From positions 1 through 33,829 of IMG/VR virus record IMGVR_UViG_3300045557_000069: a stretch of 33,829 nt of DNA. One strand, 5' to 3'. The translations under genes were made by a program, and so were the position numbers. Within the stretch, counting starts at the first letter, position 1. Each line of letters starts with the position of its first letter. This document shows positions 7,875 through 17,585 of the stretch, piece by piece. This DNA is from a virus (Duplodnaviria > Caudoviricetes). The notes under the pieces were generated by a model, which was not told the origin of the DNA, made no database searches, and saw nothing but the letters and a program-made list of their open reading frames with translations.

Positions 7875-8170
7875 AGCGATTAAATACATCGGAATTAAAG
7901 GAGGTTATTGAAGTAGTTTTTAATGAGAATTTTGAGAAATTGATTTCTCGAAAATTTGCTGAAAATAACTATGCAAAATACCTTTTCATTAAGTATTGTC
8001 GGGATAAAGGAATGTCCTATTCAATTATAGGGCAACATCTGCAAATTTCTCATGTTGCAGCAGGACGTTATATGAAACCCAAAGAATACACCCCTGATGT
8101 ATTTGTCGTTGAGCTTTTTGAACAACGTTTCTACAATGAATTAAAGAAAAAAATAAAAGCCAAAACATAA
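7871..8170 (+). CDS. HTH protein resembling the DnaA C-terminal domain
   Basis: AKYLFIKYCRDKGMSYSIIGQHLQISH; ATGA/TAATG overlaps with neighbours. Confidence 0.55.
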   Translation: MKRLNTSELKEVIEVVFNENFEKLISRKFAENNYAKYLFIKYCRDKGMSYSIIGQHLQISHVAAGRYMKPKEYTPDVFVVELFEQRFYNELKKKIKAKT

Positions 8171-9000
8171 TGGCAAGACCAGTAAAATATAACCTCGAAT
8201 ATTTCCCCCTCGATGTTGATATTTTCGATGATGAAAAAGTTATTCCAGTTTCATCACAATATGGAGCTCAGGGAGATGCAGTGATAATAAGGATTTTGTG
8301 TTCTATCTACAGAAATGGGTATTACGCAGAATGTACTGAATCTTTCATTTTTAAAATAGCTAAACAGGCAGTTGTTTCACATGATGTTGTAAGGGGCGTA
8401 ATTGATGGCTTGCTGAAATGGAAGTTTTTCTCTCAGGCAATTTACGATCAATATAACGTCATTTCTTCCGCCGGAATCCAAAGAAGATGGAAAGAAGCGG
8501 TACGAAAACGGGTAATTTCTACTAAAAACCTGCCCTTTTGGATAGAAGAAAATGAAGCAAAAAACGAGTTTCCGGCGGAAGTATCGGAGTTTCCGGCGGA
8601 AGAAACCCCCGCAAAACAGTCGGAAATGCAACAAAAGAAAAGAAAAGAAAATAAAGAAAAAGAAATAAATAAAGAAAAAAATGTTTTTGATCTCTCTTTC
8701 GTTCAAATCGACTATATGCAAACATTTTTGGATTGGCTCGAATACAAGAGGCTGCGGAGAGAGAGCTATAAGACTCAGCAGTCCCTTGAAGCCTGTTATG
8801 GCAATCTGATTGAAATTGCTCGCGGCAGTCCCAAAATTGCCGGCAAAATTATTCAGAAATCAATAGCGAATAATTATGCGGGACTTTTCCCGCTTAAAGA
8901 TTTTGAAGTCAAAGAAATTCTTAAAGCAACAGAAAATGGATCTATCGAATTACAAACCAGAAACATTTCTCCATCCGGTAAGACAACTATTCCGGGTTAA
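8170..9000 (+). CDS. phage replication initiator (DUF4373 / Lin1244-like N-terminus)
   Basis: MARP..LEYFPLDVD.F.DEK, ISSAGIQRRW, C-terminal WLEYK...IQKSIANNYAGLF; carries internal iterons. Confidence 0.85.
   Translation: MARPVKYNLEYFPLDVDIFDDEKVIPVSSQYGAQGDAVIIRILCSIYRNGYYAECTESFIFKIAKQAVVSHDVVRGVIDGLLKWKFFSQAIYDQYNVISSAGIQRRWKEAVRKRVISTKNLPFWIEENEAKNEFPAEVSEFPAEETPAKQSEMQQKKRKENKEKEINKEKNVFDLSFVQIDYMQTFLDWLEYKRLRRESYKTQQSLEACYGNLIEIARGSPKIAGKIIQKSIANNYAGLFPLKDFEVKEILKATENGSIELQTRNISPSGKTTIPG
8465..8680. repeat. putative replication origin: iterons plus A-rich tract inside the initiator gene
   Basis: GAGTTTCCGGCGGAAG at 8566-8581 and 8587-8602 (21-bp period), inverted core CTTCCGCCGGAA at 8465-8476, A-rich stretch about 8631-8680. 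Confidence 0.7.
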
Positions 9001-9553
9001 TGCACCTGAAGAAAAAATATATGATGCTCTGAAAAAGACATATATAGCGAGGGTAAGACAAAGAGAAATACCATTTCAGGATGATCTCGATACTAACAAT
9101 AAAATTAAAATTGCATCAAAATGGTTGACAGGTAGTTATAAGGCAGGTTTGATTTTATACGGCACTTTCGGAAATGGGAAAACAACTCTTGCAAAGTCGA
9201 TCTGCGATATTATAAATCATGTTGATTCAACAAGTCCAGTGCTTTACATATCTGCTCGCGATTTGAGCAGAAAGGCTAAAGATAATCCCGAAGATTTCAA
9301 TTTAATTATAAAACATTCGAAATTATATGTTGATGATTTTGGATGGGAGCCGCAGATTGTGAAAAATTGGGGCAATCAAATCAACCCTGTCGTAGAAGTT
9401 ATTGAGGAACGTTTTAAGAAAATGGATTTAACGATTTTAACCTCCAATAAATCAGATGAAGAAATTAAAAATATTTACGGAGAGTATATCTATGAGCGCA
9501 TAACTGAGCAATACGAAAAAATATACTTTGAGCATAAGTCTTACAGAATTTGA
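8936..9553 (+). CDS. DnaC/IstB-like AAA+ ATPase (helicase loader)
   Basis: Walker A GTFGNGKT, Walker B LYVDDFG, TILTSN, YGEYIYERI; ATG at 8936 preferred over 8876. Confidence 0.85.
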   Translation: MDLSNYKPETFLHPVRQLFRVNAPEEKIYDALKKTYIARVRQREIPFQDDLDTNNKIKIASKWLTGSYKAGLILYGTFGNGKTTLAKSICDIINHVDSTSPVLYISARDLSRKAKDNPEDFNLIIKHSKLYVDDFGWEPQIVKNWGNQINPVVEVIEERFKKMDLTILTSNKSDEEIKNIYGEYIYERITEQYEKIYFEHKSYRI

Positions 9554-9759
9554 ATATGACAAAGAAGGGGACTAAATCTGAGATTAAGCAGGCTTTCGTG
9601 AAGAGCCATAAGTGCCGGGATTGTGCACACTGCACACCAGATTATAGCAACATGACTCTTGAAAAAACGCCGAAGCCAATTTTTGGATTTTGCCCTTATA
9701 AGGAGCATAAGCGATTATTAAACCATGACTATTGTGAAATAAATTTTAAAATCAAATGA
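9550..9759 (+). CDS. small Cys-rich (zinc-binding) protein
   Basis: CRDCAHC...FCP...YC; alternative ATG at 9556. Confidence 0.65.
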   Translation: MNMTKKGTKSEIKQAFVKSHKCRDCAHCTPDYSNMTLEKTPKPIFGFCPYKEHKRLLNHDYCEINFKIK

Positions 9760-10283
9760 CTGAAAATATTAAAGATAAACTCAGAAAAATTAAAGCCCTT
9801 GCAGATCGTGGAGTTGCTGGTGAAGCAGTTGCGGCGAAAGCTCAACTTGAAAAATTACTTACTAAGTATGATGTAAAGTTTGAAGATTTATTTGATGATA
9901 AATTGATACGTAGAAAGTTTAATGTAAAAATAAGTGAACGGCAACTATTTGTCCAAACTCTTGCTTCAATTATTGGAAATCGGTATAGAGAATTAGGGTT
10001 TTATGGACGAAAGAAAACAGAACTTTATATTGCTTTAACGGATGTTGAATTTATTGATATTGAACAAAAATGGATATTTCATAAAAGGCAGTTCAATAAA
10101 GAAGTCAAAAAGGCAATTGACAATCTCAAAACGGCGTATTATCATAAACATAGATTATTCAATATCGATAGTACTTCAGATGCCGATAAATCATCTGCAA
10201 TGACTATGGAAGAATATATTGAGATAATGTCTTTAATGAAAATACTTGAAAATGTTTCTTTTAGAAAACAATTAATAGACTAA
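9756..10283 (+). CDS. DUF2786-like protein
   Basis: IKDKLRKIKALA..G..GEA.AA...LEKLLTKY N-terminal motif. Confidence 0.7.
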   Translation: MTENIKDKLRKIKALADRGVAGEAVAAKAQLEKLLTKYDVKFEDLFDDKLIRRKFNVKISERQLFVQTLASIIGNRYRELGFYGRKKTELYIALTDVEFIDIEQKWIFHKRQFNKEVKKAIDNLKTAYYHKHRLFNIDSTSDADKSSAMTMEEYIEIMSLMKILENVSFRKQLID

Positions 10284-10289
10284 TGCATC

Positions 10290-10619
10290 ATGAAACAAGA
10301 TATGTTCACAATGGTTTGCAAATCTACTCTCGGAATTGAGCTGATAAAAGAATACATGTTTTGTTCCGGAAGAAAATGGAGGTTCGACTATGCAATCCCT
10401 GAACTAAAGATAGCGATTGAGCAGGACGGAGGAGTTTGGTCAGGAGGCAGACACACGCGCCCTGTTGGTTATCTCAAGGACTTAGATAAATTCAATACAG
10501 CCGCCTCAATGGGCTGGATCGTTCTGAAATTCACCCCGTCCGATATGTTTAAGGCTGATACATTTAATATTATAAAAGAAACTGTTAGTAATAAAAGTAA
10601 TGAAAAAGGAAACAATTAA
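10290..10619 (+). CDS. PD-(D/E)XK endonuclease (Vsr/DUF559-like)
   Basis: RKWRFDYA...IAIEQDGG.W..GRH....YLKD..KFN.A...GWIVLKFT. Confidence 0.8.
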   Translation: MKQDMFTMVCKSTLGIELIKEYMFCSGRKWRFDYAIPELKIAIEQDGGVWSGGRHTRPVGYLKDLDKFNTAASMGWIVLKFTPSDMFKADTFNIIKETVSNKSNEKGNN

Positions 10620-10821
10620 AGCAACTGAAACGGCATTTCGAATAGCCCGCGCTTTTGTTGATAATGAGTATTCAAAGAATCATTTGCATGCTTGTATTGA
10701 CAGAAAGTTTGGAAAGTCAAACTTCGATCATCAAACCGATCTTATTGAGTTAGCTGATGAGTTAGAAAGAGGAGAGAGAGAATTCAAAGATTACGTATAT
10801 GACAATAATAACAAAGGATGA
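10600..10821 (+). CDS. hypothetical protein
   Basis: ORF overlapping both neighbours in the early operon. Confidence 0.55.
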   Translation: MKKETIKATETAFRIARAFVDNEYSKNHLHACIDRKFGKSNFDHQTDLIELADELERGEREFKDYVYDNNNKG

Positions 10822-11038
10822 CAGGAGGTTGTATCCTGTTCTATTCGGTAGTTATAAGACTCCGGAGTATTCAGAATACATCACATGTGTAAATGAGGCA
10901 GATATGAATAACGAGAACCCAAAGAAGATAAGAGTTCATATCTCAGAGATAAAGGCAATTCAAGGAACATATTCATTTCCATTATTCTATGCAAAACAAA
11001 CAACCAAGGCCGATGATCCCGAACGAGATCAGACCTAA
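10799..11038 (+). CDS. hypothetical protein
   Basis: ORF filling the operon before the HNH gene. Confidence 0.5.
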   Translation: MTIITKDDRRLYPVLFGSYKTPEYSEYITCVNEADMNNENPKKIRVHISEIKAIQGTYSFPLFYAKQTTKADDPERDQT

Positions 11039-11046
11039 CAAAGAAA

Positions 11047-11358
11047 ATGAAACAAAGATTTATCCGCCCGTGGCAGCGGAACAGAGAACCGCACGGGGAA
11101 AAGATGGAGAGCCGGGAAAAATCAGATGATTGCTACCACACAAGGAGGTGGACACAGTTATCAAAGGCATTTCGAGAAGATCACCCTTTGTGTGCGAGAT
11201 GCGAACGAAAAGGGATTGTGACTCCCTCTGAGGTTACCGATCACATCATCCCGGTTGGCTTCCATGACTTTTGGGATCAAAACAATTGGCAGGCTTTGTG
11301 TCGTAAGTGCAACATAATCAAGGGAAACCAAGATAAGAAACTATATCAAAAGGGGTAG
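11047..11358 (+). CDS. terminase-associated HNH endonuclease (HK97 gp74-like)
   Basis: PLCARC...VTDHIIP....FWDQNNWQALCRKCN; adjacent to cos/terS. Confidence 0.9.
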   Translation: MKQRFIRPWQRNREPHGEKMESREKSDDCYHTRRWTQLSKAFREDHPLCARCERKGIVTPSEVTDHIIPVGFHDFWDQNNWQALCRKCNIIKGNQDKKLYQKG

Positions 11359-11430
11359 GGGGGTCAAATCTCTAACACCAAAACGCTGGAGACCGCACCA
11401 CCCCCTCCACGTGAGAAATGGCAAAACTCA
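11352..11430. other. probable cos packaging region
   Basis: GGGGTAGGGGGGTCAAATCTCT...GAGACCGCACCACCCCCTCC between HNH and terS, the typical context for 3'-cos HK97-like phages; exact cut site not determinable. Confidence 0.6.
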
Positions 11431-11515
11431 GAAAATGCATTCAAACATAAGCGGGGTAAGGATTTTAGAATTTGTAAAAAGAAGTAAAAACAATGAAGAA
11501 AATAAAATTAAATAC

Positions 11516-11875
11516 TCAAATAAGTTTCCATTTATTTTCAAGAGTAATTATGAAATCTAATAGTTCATTTTGTAAGCCCCCTCTTTCCCCGTGCATTAAA
11601 AATATTATACCAATAACTCCATCTTTATTATCTATGCGTTCTGCTAATTTTATTGGGAGATACTTTCGAATTCGTGAATATAAAACTGTATTATTAAATT
11701 TATGTTCATCAAAGTCATCTGATGATATAAATAATCTTAATTCATTTATTAGTAGAATTCTCTGCTCTCTTTTTAATCTTAATTTTTCAACATGCCATTT
11801 TACGAAAGGCAATATTAAACCAGTTATAAGGCCAATAATTCCAGTTATTATAGGAATTAATATTCGTTCATTCAT
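11516..11875 (-). CDS. single-TM membrane protein (antisense moron between cos and terS)
   Basis: N-terminal TM (ILIPIITGIIGLITGLILPFV); AT-rich; own TATATTTG box. Confidence 0.75.
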   Translation of the reverse strand: MNERILIPIITGIIGLITGLILPFVKWHVEKLRLKREQRILLINELRLFISSDDFDEHKFNNTVLYSRIRKYLPIKLAERIDNKDGVIGIIFLMHGERGGLQNELLDFIITLENKWKLI

Positions 11876-11900
11876 TCAAATTGATTTTTAATTTCTACAA

Positions 11901-11908
11901 CAAATATA
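11901..11908 (-). promoter_or_regulatory. -7 promoter box (TATATTTG) for the 11516-11875 moron
   Basis: caaatata on plus strand, 25 nt upstream of the ATG. Confidence 0.55.
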
Positions 11909-11949
11909 AATATATAGTAAAGAATAATATAAATAATTATTTATAAGAA

Positions 11950-12504
11950 ATGAGCAACCGAAAAGGCATCGGAGGCCGCAAGCCTCTCCCGGATGAAGTG
12001 AAGGAGTTGAGGGGTACTTTAGAGGAGCGCCGGGCACGTGGCAAAACTCCCGGAATTCCCCTTGACAAGATCACTCAGATTACAAGCACACGGGGTATTA
12101 AGGTCCTGCAGACCGAGCGGGCAAAGAACATATTCAAGCAGAAGTGTAATCAGGTAATGGGTCTGAAGCTCTTAACTGAGGCCGATCTGGATAATTTGTC
12201 TATCTATGCTTATAATCTGGATAAGATTTTCACACTGATGCGTGAACTGAAGGAGGAAGGGGATATCATTACTTTGTATGAGGTGATATATAAGGCAGAC
12301 GGTGATACAGTTCAGGTTCCGACAAAGTGCGTACCTAACCCGAAATGGAGGTTATACTTCCAGTTGGTGACTTGGTGTGATAAGATAGGGGGGAATTTTG
12401 GCTTTTCTCCGGTTGCGCGGCTGAAGTTTGGGCAAATACATGATGAGAAACCGGATGATCCTTTTGCAGAACTTAAGGCATTGACCTCCGGAAGCAAAAA
12501 ATAA
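11950..12504 (+). CDS. terS: terminase small subunit (P27 family)
   Basis: GRKPLP..VK.LRGT start, PNP, FGFSPVAR.K; precedes terL. Confidence 0.88.
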   Translation: MSNRKGIGGRKPLPDEVKELRGTLEERRARGKTPGIPLDKITQITSTRGIKVLQTERAKNIFKQKCNQVMGLKLLTEADLDNLSIYAYNLDKIFTLMRELKEEGDIITLYEVIYKADGDTVQVPTKCVPNPKWRLYFQLVTWCDKIGGNFGFSPVARLKFGQIHDEKPDDPFAELKALTSGSKK

Positions 12505-12512
12505 CATACTGC

Positions 12513-14204
12513 ATGATCGAGGCGGAGGAGTATAAGAGGCGGATTGAACAGTATATTGACAGTGTTGAGACCGGAAAACGGTCTGCAGGTCGATATGAAA
12601 TCCGTGCTATTGCCCGATACCGCTCTGATCTGAAAAAAAAGAATTGGGATTATCATTTTTCTGAAGAGGCCGGAATGCAGGCGCTTCTTTTTTTCAATGC
12701 ACTCAAACACTTTGAGGGTGAATGGGCCGGGCAGGACCTTGGGTTAGAGGGATGGCAGGCATTCATCGTGTGGAATATTTTCGGCTGGCTGAAGAAAAAC
12801 GGCAAACGGAGGTTCACTTATGCTGATATTCTTGTTGCCCGGAAGAATGGAAAAACAACCCTTGCCGCTGGGATCGGCTTGTATATGTTGACGCTCGATG
12901 GTGAGCGCGGAGCTCAGGTTTTCTCTGCCGCCGTCGACAAAGGTCAGGCGGGGGTATGTTGGGGAGCTGCAAAAGAAATATCGAAAGCATCGAAACCGCT
13001 CCGGTCAATTCTGAAACATTATCATTCATCAATCATTGTTGAATCAACAGTTTCGTACTTCAAACCCCTTTCAAAGGAGACTAAAAACAAGGACGGTCTG
13101 AATCCTCATTGCGCAATCTGTGATGAACGTCACGCATGGCCTACAAACGCAATCTTCGATGTAATCAAATCCGGGATGGGTGCAAGATCGCAACCACTTG
13201 TATTGTCAATCTCGACTGCCGGTTTTGACATGGATGCTCCTTATTTCAAGGATATGCAGGTACTGTATGACATCCTTGACGGGAAAAAGAGCAAGGACAA
13301 TCAGTTCATCATGATCTTTCAGCCGGATAAAGATGATGACTGGAAGAGTCCGGAGACATGGGAGAAAGCTAACCCGAATTATGGGATATCCGTTAAAGAG
13401 GATTATTTTGCCGGGGAGCTTGAGGATGCACTGAATAAGGGCGGCACAACAGAGGTCAACTTCAAAACGAAAAACCTCAATCTGTGGGTTGATGCCCCGG
13501 ATGTGTGGATTTCGGATGATGTTATAGGGGAAAACAACTTTGGTACTGAAGAGGATGAACTGTTAGGAGAGGAGTGTTATGCCGGGCTTGACCTTGCATC
13601 TCACGTTGACATTAATGCCCTTGCCCTGTACTTCCCTAACCACCCGAATAAGCCGTTTAAGTTTCTTTTTTTCGTGCCGGAATCGAAATTGGATGCAGAT
13701 GATCCTAACCATGAGAATTATAAGCTATGGAAAAAAGAAGGTTTTCTCATTACAACGCCGGGGGAAATGATAGATATTGACTTAATGGTTGATATTATAC
13801 TCAAAGAATTGAAAAAATATAACGTTAAGAATCTTGCTTTTGACCCTTATAAGGCATATCATGGGGTTATACAGGGTCTCATTAAGGGGGGGATTGAGGA
13901 GATTCTTGATGAATACACACAAAATATTGCTAACATGTCGGAGCCGGCAAAGGAGATTCAAAGGCTTCTTATAGCCCGGTCGGTCGATCTTATGCATAAC
14001 CAGGTGATTAGATGGATGTTCCGAAATGTTGCGATGTATAAAGACATAAACGGCAATATTCGTCCGGATAAACGAAAATCATCCGGAAAAATCGACGGAG
14101 TTGTGTCGATGATCGACGCTGTAGGGGGCTTTTTGAGCCTCTCGGCGGAACAAAATTCTAAAGAGGCGTATTCTGCACATTCACTGAGGGTTATATCACT
14201 TTAA
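12513..14204 (+). CDS. terL: terminase large subunit
   Basis: Walker A ARKNGKT, Walker B AICDE, nuclease GLDLA and KIDGVVS. Confidence 0.97.
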   Translation: MIEAEEYKRRIEQYIDSVETGKRSAGRYEIRAIARYRSDLKKKNWDYHFSEEAGMQALLFFNALKHFEGEWAGQDLGLEGWQAFIVWNIFGWLKKNGKRRFTYADILVARKNGKTTLAAGIGLYMLTLDGERGAQVFSAAVDKGQAGVCWGAAKEISKASKPLRSILKHYHSSIIVESTVSYFKPLSKETKNKDGLNPHCAICDERHAWPTNAIFDVIKSGMGARSQPLVLSISTAGFDMDAPYFKDMQVLYDILDGKKSKDNQFIMIFQPDKDDDWKSPETWEKANPNYGISVKEDYFAGELEDALNKGGTTEVNFKTKNLNLWVDAPDVWISDDVIGENNFGTEEDELLGEECYAGLDLASHVDINALALYFPNHPNKPFKFLFFVPESKLDADDPNHENYKLWKKEGFLITTPGEMIDIDLMVDIILKELKKYNVKNLAFDPYKAYHGVIQGLIKGGIEEILDEYTQNIANMSEPAKEIQRLLIARSVDLMHNQVIRWMFRNVAMYKDINGNIRPDKRKSSGKIDGVVSMIDAVGGFLSLSAEQNSKEAYSAHSLRVISL

Positions 14205-14206
14205 TG

Positions 14207-14300
14207 TAAATAACCCCTTAAATAAGTCCTTAAATAACTCGGTAACTTTCTTATTGCAATCGCAAAAATACCTCTCGAACTTTGCAAAAGTTTTTAGAGG
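14207..14300 (+). promoter_or_regulatory. candidate late promoter/activator region before the portal gene
   Basis: Three TAAATAA-initiated 12-bp direct repeats (14207, 14219, 14231), non-consensus GAACTTTG, and an imperfect hairpin at 14271-14300. Confidence 0.4.
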
Positions 14301-14305
14301 GATAT

Positions 14306-15514
14306 ATGAAAATTTTTGGTTGGACAATTAACAAAGAGGTTAGAGAGGTTTCAGTGGAGCCGAAATCGGAGTACGTGGGAAGATTAAAAACAGGTGCTGC
14401 CGATTTCGGTTTTACCCTCGATAACAAAACTGCTATGAAATTTTCTGCCGCCTATGCAGCAATCCGCGTTCGATCTGAAAATATGGCATCTCTTCCTAAG
14501 CAGGTAAAAGAAAAAACCTCAAAGGGGTATGTTGAGATTGAGCACCCGGTAACTTACCTTCTTTCAATTGCACCAAACGGCTATACAAACGTATATGATT
14601 TTTGGGAGTCGATTTTTGCGGCTCTCGATGGGTGGGGGAATGCTTATGCAATAATAGAACGTAACGGATCGGGCCTGCCTATTGCGCTGCACCAGGTGCA
14701 TCCTTCATGTGTCACCGTTACCCTCACAAAAAATAAGAACAAGTATTTCCGGGTAGCGGGAACTCAGTATTTTGATGGGATATATCCTAACGAAGATATG
14801 ATCCATCTTATGTTGTTGACCTTTGACGGGTTAAAGGGGGTGAATCCTATCGAATGGAATTACCTCTCTTTCTCTGAGGCAATTGCTGCATCGAAATTCG
14901 GAGCTGAATTCTACAAAAAGGGCGGAAACATTCGCGCGGTCCTTGAATCTGAAAACCATTTAGGTGACGAACAGTTCAAAATGTTCATGCAGCACTTTAA
15001 GGATAGTGCTATGAATTACGATACACCGCTGTTAGAATACGGAATTAAGTACAAACAGATAGGGATTAACCCGATTTCTGCACAATTATTAGGGTCAAAA
15101 GAGTTTTCAATACAGGATATTGCTCGGATTTTTAACGTCCCGCCGCACATGATCGGGGACTTATCTCACGCAACATTCAGTAATATAGAGCAGCAAACAA
15201 TACAATTTGCACAGTTTGCCCTCCGTCCGACGGTGAAAAAGGCTGAGGTTGAGCTTGAAAATAAACTGTTTTTTCAGAAAGAGTGGGGAAAAATATCAAT
15301 GAAATTCAACCTTAACGGATTAATGAGGGGAGACATGGCTGCACGTGGTGAATGGTACTCGAAGATGATTCAGAATGGGGTGTATAGCAGGAACGAAGTT
15401 AGGGTGATGGAAGGAGAGGCAACAATTGAGGGGCTTGACAATATGCTCTATCCTTCGAACCTTCAGGTAGTAGGACAGGAACAACCACAACGAAATATTT
15501 CAAAAAATGAGTAA
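14306..15514 (+). CDS. portal protein (HK97 family)
   Basis: GNAYA.I.R, GLKGVNPI, IARIFNVPPHMIG...ATFSNIEQQ, RNEVR; ATG 14306 preferred over TTG 14282. Confidence 0.96.
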   Translation: MKIFGWTINKEVREVSVEPKSEYVGRLKTGAADFGFTLDNKTAMKFSAAYAAIRVRSENMASLPKQVKEKTSKGYVEIEHPVTYLLSIAPNGYTNVYDFWESIFAALDGWGNAYAIIERNGSGLPIALHQVHPSCVTVTLTKNKNKYFRVAGTQYFDGIYPNEDMIHLMLLTFDGLKGVNPIEWNYLSFSEAIAASKFGAEFYKKGGNIRAVLESENHLGDEQFKMFMQHFKDSAMNYDTPLLEYGIKYKQIGINPISAQLLGSKEFSIQDIARIFNVPPHMIGDLSHATFSNIEQQTIQFAQFALRPTVKKAEVELENKLFFQKEWGKISMKFNLNGLMRGDMAARGEWYSKMIQNGVYSRNEVRVMEGEATIEGLDNMLYPSNLQVVGQEQPQRNISKNE

Positions 15515-16160
15515 TAGAAAATACGCATCGGCAGCGGTCCGGAAAATTGCGGACAATGTCGAAGATACAAGGTACATCGAGTTTGTTGCTTCTGACAGCT
15601 CAAGAGATAGCTACAAAACGGTATTGCCACTTGAAAAATGGGACCTTGACAGGTTCAATAAGAATGGAGTGATAGGATATCAGCATAACCTGTATTACTC
15701 TACTAATCCGGATATGGTTATCGGAACGGGTAAGGCTTTTGTGGACGGCAACCAGTTAATTGTTGGGGTCACATTTGAGCCGGCTGAACTTAATCCAATA
15801 GCGGAAAAACTTTTCCGCAAGATTTTGCACGGAACCATAAAAGCCGTTTCCGTAGGATTTGATCCGATAGGCGGCGGACATTGGGGGGAAGGCGATGAAT
15901 ATTACGGAAAACCAAATGAAACATACTATTACGATGGGATGGAGCTTTTGGAGGTTTCGATAGTACATATTCCGGCAAACAAAAATGCCGTGAAAAGGGC
16001 TTTAGAAGATTTACTCAGTGAGGATGATCCGGAAAATGAACCTGAAGTACGAATAATACCGGAAAACACCCCCCCTGATACACTTCAGAGAGACATTGAA
16101 CAAGTCGAAAAGGATTTGACAATTACTGAGGCTTTAGCAAGCCAACAGTTTGATAATTAA
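15507..16160 (+). CDS. prohead protease (HK97 family, S78)
   Basis: YQHN, AVSVGF, LLEVSIVHIPAN. Confidence 0.92.
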   Translation: MSNRKYASAAVRKIADNVEDTRYIEFVASDSSRDSYKTVLPLEKWDLDRFNKNGVIGYQHNLYYSTNPDMVIGTGKAFVDGNQLIVGVTFEPAELNPIAEKLFRKILHGTIKAVSVGFDPIGGGHWGEGDEYYGKPNETYYYDGMELLEVSIVHIPANKNAVKRALEDLLSEDDPENEPEVRIIPENTPPDTLQRDIEQVEKDLTITEALASQQFDN

Positions 16161-16186
16161 TTATTAACCAAAAAAGCAAAAATAAA

Positions 16187-17425
16187 ATGAGAAAAATTGC
16201 TGACATTAAAAATGACATCGCGCAAAGGCTTGCTGAGGCGAAAAACTCGGAGCTTGCTGAGGATGTAAGGGCGGCGGCTGTTGTTGAGCTGAGAAAGCTT
16301 AATGATGAGTTGCAAAGTGCTCTTATCGTAGAGGCCGCGGAGCGGGCAACTGCGAACAATAAGTTCTCGAAAGAGGAAAAAGAGACTGCACAAAGATTTT
16401 CTTTCGTGAAATTTCTTCGTGAAGCCGCGGACGGAGGCGGTCTGACAGGGCTTGAACTCGAAATGTCTCAGGAAGCCGTTCGTGAGGCGCGGCTGAGTGG
16501 TATTGCCCTTAATGGTTATGGTATTCCTTACCTTATCCTTGCGGCCAAACAGCGTGCAGCAACCGGGCAAAATGTTACAACTGCTGCCGATGGGGGCAAT
16601 CTTGTACAGAAAGAGCCGCTTATGTACATCGAAGCGCTGAGGGCAAAATTGATCCTCGCCCAAATGGGGGCGGTATATCTTGCCGGACTGGTTGGTAACC
16701 TTCCGATTGCAAAAGGTTCTGCAATATCTGCATCTTGGGCGGGCGAAACCGACGAAGTTGCGGCAACTAAGAAGTCAGTTTCGAAATCTGAAATGGCTCC
16801 AAAGAGGTTGGCAATTACAACTGCCTATTCACGTCAGTTGCTTATCCAGACCTCCGGGGACGTGGATACGTTAATTATGGATGACATGGTCCGTGCACAC
16901 AGTGCAGCACTTGAGGCGGCAGCAATTCAGGGCGGAGGTTCAAACGAGCCGACCGGGATACTCGGTACATCCGGAATTGGTTCTGTTGTAATTGGCACAA
17001 ATGGAGGCGCAATCACCTGGGCGAAACTGGTAGAACTTGAGACAAAGGTTTCAGGTAACAATGCAGACTTTGGCGTGCTGGGATATCTTACTAACAGTAA
17101 GGTTATGGGAGCATTGAAAACTATTGAAAGAGCAACCGGGACCGCTCGTTTTCTGTATGAAAACAAGGAGGCAAATGGCTATCAGGTTGGAGTAACTAAC
17201 AATGTGCCTTCAAATTTGACAAAGGGTGAGGGAACAGCACTTTCGGCAATGATATTTGGGAATTTCTCTGATCTTATTATAGGTCAGTGGGGTGGCTTGG
17301 ATATCGTGGTTGACCCTTATACTTTGAAGAAAAAGGGTGAAGTAGAAACAACAATTAATGCATTCCATGATATTGCATTAAGGAGAACTGAGTCTTTTGC
17401 AGCAATTAAGGATCTTACTACATAA
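16187..17425 (+). CDS. major capsid protein (HK97 fold)
   Basis: Delta-like N-terminus, DGGNLV, W.GE, SRQLL.Q, G.G.NEPTGIL, FGNFS. Confidence 0.96.
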   Translation: MRKIADIKNDIAQRLAEAKNSELAEDVRAAAVVELRKLNDELQSALIVEAAERATANNKFSKEEKETAQRFSFVKFLREAADGGGLTGLELEMSQEAVREARLSGIALNGYGIPYLILAAKQRAATGQNVTTAADGGNLVQKEPLMYIEALRAKLILAQMGAVYLAGLVGNLPIAKGSAISASWAGETDEVAATKKSVSKSEMAPKRLAITTAYSRQLLIQTSGDVDTLIMDDMVRAHSAALEAAAIQGGGSNEPTGILGTSGIGSVVIGTNGGAITWAKLVELETKVSGNNADFGVLGYLTNSKVMGALKTIERATGTARFLYENKEANGYQVGVTNNVPSNLTKGEGTALSAMIFGNFSDLIIGQWGGLDIVVDPYTLKKKGEVETTINAFHDIALRRTESFAAIKDLTT

Positions 17426-17440
17426 TAGGAGGGAAAACGA

Positions 17441-17578
17441 ATGAAAGTTAAGCTACTAACCCCGATTAAGGGGTATGGATATTTTGAAGGGGAGGTTGTT
17501 AACCTCCCTGACAAAGAGGCAAAAAAGGCAATTGAAGAAAAAAAGGCGGAGCCTGCTGGGAAAACTGAAGAAAAGTAA
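17441..17578 (+). CDS. small head-associated protein (45 aa; missed by the ORF track)
   Basis: MKVKLLTPIKGYGYFEGEVVNLPDKEAKKAIEEKKAEP...; fills the capsid-connector gap, preceded by AGGAGG; resembles small gpFI-like proteins found at this position. Confidence 0.75.
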   Translation: MKVKLLTPIKGYGYFEGEVVNLPDKEAKKAIEEKKAEPAGKTEEK

Positions 17579-17585
17579 TTGAACG

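Noticed and set aside
11047-11358. Mobile homing endonuclease
   Set aside because: Size and position next to cos/terS match the terminase-accessory HNH.
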